DNA of 64,000 nt from the human T2T-CHM13v2.0 reference genome, Homo sapiens, in assembly GCF_009914755.1 (NCBI RefSeq), contig NC_060938.1; one strand, written 5' to 3'. The position numbers were made by a program, and so were the translations under genes. Positions 56,836 through 64,000 of the stretch are shown piece after piece; the stretch's first letter is position 1, and the number at the start of each line of letters is the position of its first letter. A model generated the notes under the pieces. That model was not told where the DNA came from and ran no database searches. It saw nothing but the letters and a program-made list of their open reading frames with translations.

Positions 56836-59764
56836 GGGACTTCACATATACAGTATGGTCAAAGGCCACACCGTTTTTAGGTAATAGGGTAAAGGATGGA
56901 CATGTTGAAGGGAGAATTTCAATCTGAACTCATGAGAACTTCCTGATTCCAAATGCCAATGCAAGTGGTACATAAGGAGTGAGCTTAATGACATCATTAA
57001 GCAAGTCCCCCAAAAATAAATAAAGAGGGATTGGGTTTTAAAAGAGAAGTTTTTATGGGATTTATTCTTTTTATTCTACATTTTTCTTCCATAAGCCCCA
57101 AGTATATGTACTGTGTGTATATATATATATATGATATGCACATATGCAAATAATATACTGCCTGTCACTCCATATATATGTAGACACAGTATAAGTGATA
57201 TTAGACTAATGTAACCAGAGATTAACAGCCCCTACCATCAGTCATGTGTTTACACAGAAATTCACACCATCATTCTTAACCAGCATCAGCCAACATAGAC
57301 ATGCATGATACTGTTTTAACTTGGCAAACAAAGCATGTTGATTTTTCTTTAAGATTTCTTTATCATAATTATAATGCTGACTCCATAATTCAGTTATCCT
57401 TGGGAGGGGTGGAAAGAAAAAATTATACAGATATATCTATCCGTATATGCACATTCCTGTGTATATATATAAATAGATATATACCTTGTATATATTTGAA
57501 GAACATTTTGTTGTTTCACCTCATCTTGTGCCGCATGAATTTTTGGTGGTTCAATTTATTTTGTTTTCATATTTACTATTTTGATCATTATGGCTATTTT
57601 TAACTCATTGCTATACTTTTATGAGTAACTATAATCATTATTTTCAAATACTGAGAGATATATAGATATACAAATCAAACAAGGCAAAAAAATCTTTTCT
57701 TGCCATCCTAATCTCAAATTCCTCCCCTTTCAGCATATCCCTCCAGTATTTATCTCAAAACAAAACAAACCCCAACGAAATCCAAGAAAGTTGTGTACAA
57801 AAGAATGAATACTGTGTTTTCCTCTTCCTCCTTCTATGCATATTTTTCCTTTTAATTTCCGTTTCTTTCCTTTTGATTTACCCCCATATCTGCATGGACC
57901 ACTTGCCTTTACTTTCCCCTTTATGACAATGTAATTAATTGAAAAGATAAGAGTCAGAAAAAAATAAAAGAAAAACACATAGAAATGACAGAGAAACACA
58001 CCCCTCTCCACAAATTTCAGATGGCATAAAAAGAATTTTATTGCAGATATAGAATATTTGTTGTATCTTTTATTTCTGTCTGGACAAGCCCAGGATCATT
58101 GTGTGGCATGCCGTGACAAGTTTTGTAGCGCATCAACTAACCATGGCCTCCATCACAAGTGCATGACACCATCTTGTGTTTCATCCAAGTGACACATCTA
58201 GGCTAACCCAGCAAGTCCAGTGTATGAGTTGTGGGAATTACATTCTTTTGTAGTTATAATTTCATGGGTCCTTGTTTTTATTATTATTTCCATTGGATCA
58301 TGACAGCCCTAAGAGCTGCTCTCGCAGCATCTCTGTATGGTTTTGTTCTTGTGTTTTCTTTTCTTGGCACAGCAGTCAAGCATGTGTCTCTTGTTTGGCA
58401 CATCTGTCTTGCCATCTTGTCTTGTCCACTGTCGTGGTGTTGTTCTGTGATTCTGTTCTCTGTAAGATGTGATTTGAAATCCTCTGCCTTTATTTCTCAC
58501 TCTCCTATTGTCTCTACTTTTAACCTTACCCCTAGGGAACTTCACAAAGAAGCAAAACAAACTTTCAGTCACATTATAAGGCTGATCACTGGTTTGCATC
58601 TGGAAGTCATAAGTTGTACTTTTTACCTGACTTAAGGAGGAAAAACTTACAGTGGGAAACTACTGATAATTATACTCAAACAGCAAACTGATCAACGACA
58701 ATAAGAAACCCTTGTTGATTATTTTTGGTATGATTAAATGGGCTTACTGTTAAAGGGACTTCATGTAAGATCTTATTTCCAAAGAGTTTTTTTCATAAAT
58801 TATCAGTCTTCTAGTCAGAAACTTTTCTTCAGGAGCAGATCAACGGAAGATGTTTTTCGGGAATTGTTAGTGAGGGAGCATCATTTCTGCTGTGTAGAAC
58901 AGTGCCTGTTCCTGAATTGGGGAGGAACTTTATGGAAATCTGCAAATGTTTTATTACAAAATGCATTTATGTTTATGTATTAAAATATAAATGTGTTCAG
59001 CAAGGCATCTGAGGATGGGAAAAAAAAACTTTTTAACTCACTGGTTCCACCTCATGCATATTTTGAGGTAAGATTATCTTTTGATCTTTCTGAGTCAACT
59101 GATATACATTTTACTTTTTTATTTTTTAATTCATGGAAGCATTAGAGAGCCAACACTTCAACTTTGACCTAAATTCATTCTTTTCCCATTCCAGAGAACA
59201 CGACATACATAATAGCTTTAGTTCTGAGAATAGAGTCTGAATTTGAGACAAACGTAGAAGGAAGTGCCCAGTTAATTATCCAAATGTTGGACTCTACCTG
59301 TGATTATCCAGGCGATTTGATGCTTTACTTGGAAGGATTTGATTAGTTGGATACGAACAGCATGAAAATGACACTTTGTAACAACTTTCCCTCTTTAAGG
59401 GTTGAGCACGAGAATATCAAATAGGTATAAAAATGAGTAATAGGTGATATATTAATAGATTAAAGATTATTCAATAGGCCTAAAGATTTCAGATGAAAAA
59501 TCTGTATTTGTAATCTGAAAAAGAGAAAGCATATCCAGACCTGTGGTTTTCTGATGAGATCTTTCAGTCAGGCCAGGGTAGCTATTGGTTTTTCTTAAGG
59601 GTAAGGGGAAAAAGGCCAAGGATGAGGAACTGGATGGCTCTGTGGACTAAGAACAACTTTCTGATGAAAGAAGGAAGGGAAACAAGAAAGGCGAAGAAAG
59701 AGGAGGAGGGAAATGTAAAAGAAAGGAAGGAGGAAAGGAAGAGATATTGATTATGAGCCAGGTA

Positions 59765-60169
59765 AAGCTGCTTGCTGATAAATATTTTAAAACCAGCACA
59801 CACACAGAGCTCTAATTTGCAGTTTTCCAGTTTCTGTATGGTGTAAAATATTCCCACCATGGCTGATTTCTAGCTACCAATATGACAGCCCTAAACTCAG
59901 AATTGGGAAGTGTCCTTGCTCATACACAATTATATGGCTTTTTCATCATACGTACACTATAGACGTCAAGAACCTCATAGATAATAGTAAAATTTAGTAA
60001 AATAATTAGGAAGTACCGAGTTTTAAGTTTTTAATTACCTGTTTTTAATATACTTGTAACTTTATATATATATTAACTTTTGAAAATGGCCATGTTTTAA
60101 CAACCAGCTTACAAATTTCCTAGAAATTTTGCAATCAGTTGTCATAAACTGGCTCAAGCACACCACTAG
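59765..60169 (-). mobile_element. MER63-like hAT-Blackjack DNA transposon, inserted in a MIR
   Basis: cccaccatggctgatttctagctacc...aaataattaggaagt...aagcacaccactag; 8-bp TSD gccaggta/cccaggta; antisense MIR continues at 60170-60360. Confidence 0.75.
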
Positions 60170-61183
60170 CCCAGGTACTATACTGGGTACATGAAAACAT
60201 AGTATTTTATTTAAATCTCATTTTAAGTTATTGTGAGATAAAAACTAGCTTGGTCATCTTACAGTTGAGAAAATTGGGATTTTAAGTTTGCTTGTTCAAG
60301 GTCACATACCTGCACATAAATGGTAGAGGTAATATTCAAGTCCAAATCTGTTTGAAAATAGACATTTTCTTTATATTACAGTGTGCCAGTCATTCTTTCA
60401 ACACTTCTCAAAGTACTAAGTTATCGAATTTTGACACGCTCCTTTGTGGAGCTTAGCATGACTCGGGTTTCCCTATTGCCTCAAGGAGGTCCTTGGCTTT
60501 AACTGTCTTAGATAAAATGGAGTTTAAATGTATTATGGTTGTGTCAATGGCAAAATGAAGACAGTGAAGCAAAATTAGAACTCCTGATTACTCTGTTTGT
60601 AAATGCCACCAAAGTTATGACCATGTCTTCATGAGAATGTCCACTTTGACTAATTTTGTTTCCTCCAAATATTCCTCTTTTACTAACATTGACAATGAAC
60701 AGGATATTTCTTAGGTTTTCATATTCTGTCCCTTGAGCTTTGGAAAGACTATCCCAGATACATTTTCTGAGCACATAGAATCTATAGCATGATCCCATTA
60801 CATAGTTAGGTTTTATAACTTTTAAACTCTAATGAATTTTATTTAGTTACAGTATGTAATGCATGTTAATTAACCAACTGCACAGTGAAATATGTCAATG
60901 TCCTTTGCTTCCACATTTTCTAATAGAGTAAGCTAGTATATTAACATTTAAAACAGCATGAGAACCATAGTACTGCAGAAAGCAACTGCAGTTTTTAAAA
61001 AGATGATTTTATTGTAAGATACTTAATCATTGCTCTGTAAAAGAGTTTGAGAGGCCTGGGAATTAAAAAGGAAAGTGTTGCAGCTTTTTAGTCCTTCTAA
61101 TTTGACAAGATAGATAATTTGATTGGGTTTCTGATAGTGCAGTATTTTGCTTTAATTTGGTGTGAAGTTTAGTTGCCCCCATA

Positions 61184-61515
<332 letters not shown>

Positions 61516-61584
61516 TGAATAAAGTCCTTTGAAGTGACTTCTAGGCTTTCTCCTATAGGTTTGCCACTGCTACAACTTTGTTTC

Positions 61585-61838
61585 ATCATTCAGTGAATAT
61601 TAGCACTTCCTTTAGTGAAATATAGTCTTAAGTACTTCACATTGTTAACTACTTTAATCCTCACAGCAATCATGTGAGAGTCTATTCTTATTATCTCCAT
61701 TTTAAAGATAAGTAAATGGAGGCACAGAGGAGCTAAGCAAATTATCAAGGTCACACAGCAAGGAAGTAGAAGAAATGGGATCTGAACCCAAGCCAACTGC
61801 CCCCAGCGTGGACACCCATCACTATGCTATCCTGTCTC
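61585..61838 (-). mobile_element. MIR SINE
   Basis: tttaatcctcacagcaat...ttatctccattttaaagataagtaaatggaggcacagag...aaggtcacacagc...gggatctgaaccca. Confidence 0.85.
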
Positions 61839-62138
61839 TTACGTAGCGCTTATTTTCCATTAACCTAAATATACGAAATAGCTGCCGGCCTCCTTGATAA
61901 TAAAAGAAAGTCTGTGTATTGAATGTATTACATGGTTGGGAAGTAGTTGATAAATGGGTTAGTTATTATGTATCAAAAAGGCTTTAACAATCTTGGTTGA
62001 TGGGGGTTATAAAATTGTTCCATTATGATTTATTCAAATAACCGTGGTTAAAACAAGTTACCCTGGTTTCCCATAAGGAGGAATGACTCCAATATTGGAG
62101 AGAAATACCAACACTTATGTGAGGTGAGTCTCCCTTGA

Positions 62139-62476
<338 letters not shown>

Positions 62477-63237
62477 GCACTTGGGGTTTCTAGCTCATTA
62501 TTCATGATCAATTCTGTTCAAAACATATGCCCAGACAACAGCCACCTTTAACTGATGTTAGGAATCTAAGGATAGAGGCTCTTAGCGAGAGCTTGGGTTA
62601 AGATACTGCATTTTCTTTATTTCAGAAATAAATATGTTCCTTAGAACACAGTGATTTAGGTGTTACAGCTAAAAGAAAGCAAAAAACAACAACAACAACA
62701 AAACGAACTTGTATTTCTTATCTTAGACCCTTTCTGACACCCACATGCTCTTGACATCTCTTAAAGTTGTAACTATTTGTTTATCCTCCCTTTTTCCTCA
62801 CTTCCTTGCATTATGCATCCAAAACTATTTTAAAAGCCAAAACACACACACACTTTTTGTGGGTCTTTGAGTTTCCTATGCAAGAAAAGAATCTTAAAAT
62901 GAGTTATAAAGAACTAAAAATCACAATTAAAAAGGAAACATAATTTTAAAACTGTGTTTGCTTGTATTATAATCCTTATTCCAAGGCAAGTATGGCCTGC
63001 ACAAACATCTGAGGATTCCATTACAAATTATATCAGTCTCAACCCATCCCGAATCCAGATCATAAACTCATAAACTGGAAAATGTGTATAGTTGAAAATG
63101 TTTGCATACCCTCTGTCCTAGAGCAGTGCTTCCATCTTAGCTTTGAAGCACAGAGACCTCCTCTTACTAAAAGATCATGAAAACTGGCAATACTGTATTG
63201 CCCAGTGTTAAAATTTGTCAGATTAATTACCCAGAGC

Positions 63238-63458
63238 CAAAGTTAGCAAACTTTTTTTCTGTAAGGGCTGGGGTGTAAGTATTTTACACTTTGAGCGTCT
63301 TACAGTCCCTGCCCTATCTCCTCAATCAGCTCTTATAATGACACATAGCAGCCATGGAAACAAATAAATGAGCAGGGCTGTGTTTTCATGAAAGTTGATT
63401 TCCAAAAGCAGAGATGGAGCTGGATTTGGCTCAGAGGTCATAGTTTACCCCAATCTAG
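63238..63458 (+). mobile_element. MER58A hAT-Charlie DNA transposon
   Basis: ttagcaaacttttttctgtaaggg...agcagccat...ggctgtgtt...ggatttggctcagaggtcatagttt. Confidence 0.75.
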
Positions 63459-63602
63459 AGAAGTCCCATAGGTTAAAAATGTGTAGTCTTTTTTTTTGTT
63501 TTTAATAGATAAGACCTTCTTGCCCATTTTATAGTCGTTCCCAACATTTGTTGAGTTCTCCACTAAGTACATGAGACCACATAGGATACAACAGGACATT
63601 AA

Positions 63603-63906
<304 letters not shown>

Positions 63907-64000
63907 CTAAAAGTTCATCTTTAAGGACATTTCCCACCTTTGTTTTAGATATGCCACTATCTCAGACATGAAACACAATAACAAACTAAACCAGGGTCAT

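Noticed and set aside
57909-57920. Minus-strand 12-nt microexon with GC donor (aag|GGGAAAGTAAAG|gcaagt)
   Set aside because: Opposite to the inferred host strand, weak AAG acceptor, non-canonical donor; coordinates approximate
58231-58635. 134-aa hydrophobic ORF resembling a membrane protein
   Set aside because: GTG start; hydrophobicity explained by T-rich composition; no recognisable family

Overview
AT-rich, CpG-poor mammalian genomic DNA, almost certainly a hominid (human or great ape), judged from AluY/S/J elements and a full-length L1 of L1PA3/L1PA2 type. It reads as intronic sequence of a large gene transcribed on the + strand. One convincing 79-nt coding exon lies at 49236-49314 ([27 protein letters not shown]; gene not recognised), and all seven solo LTRs lie antisense to it. 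The main feature is a full-length L1 (11886-17968, 10-bp TSD) with no net length change in either ORF. It is inactivated by point mutations but keeps its YY1 site, antisense-promoter region and an open ORF0, and it is nested in a MIR that is nested in an L2. The rest is ~17 Alus, MaLR/ERV1 solo LTRs, hAT DNA transposons, MIR/L2 and microsatellites. The most notable observations are: two locally templated insertions inside one MER45B (a 38-nt copy of DNA from 2 kb away at an Alu 5' junction, and a ~150-nt inverted copy); a candidate antisense exon downstream of the L1 antisense promoter; a candidate 9-nt neural-type microexon; candidate recursive splice sites; and an RBFOX/NOVA motif-rich block near 58 kb. 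No rRNA, tRNA, CRISPR or prokaryotic system is evident. Repeat subfamilies are assigned from remembered consensus sequences and need RepeatMasker/Dfam confirmation; boundaries of old repeats are approximate.
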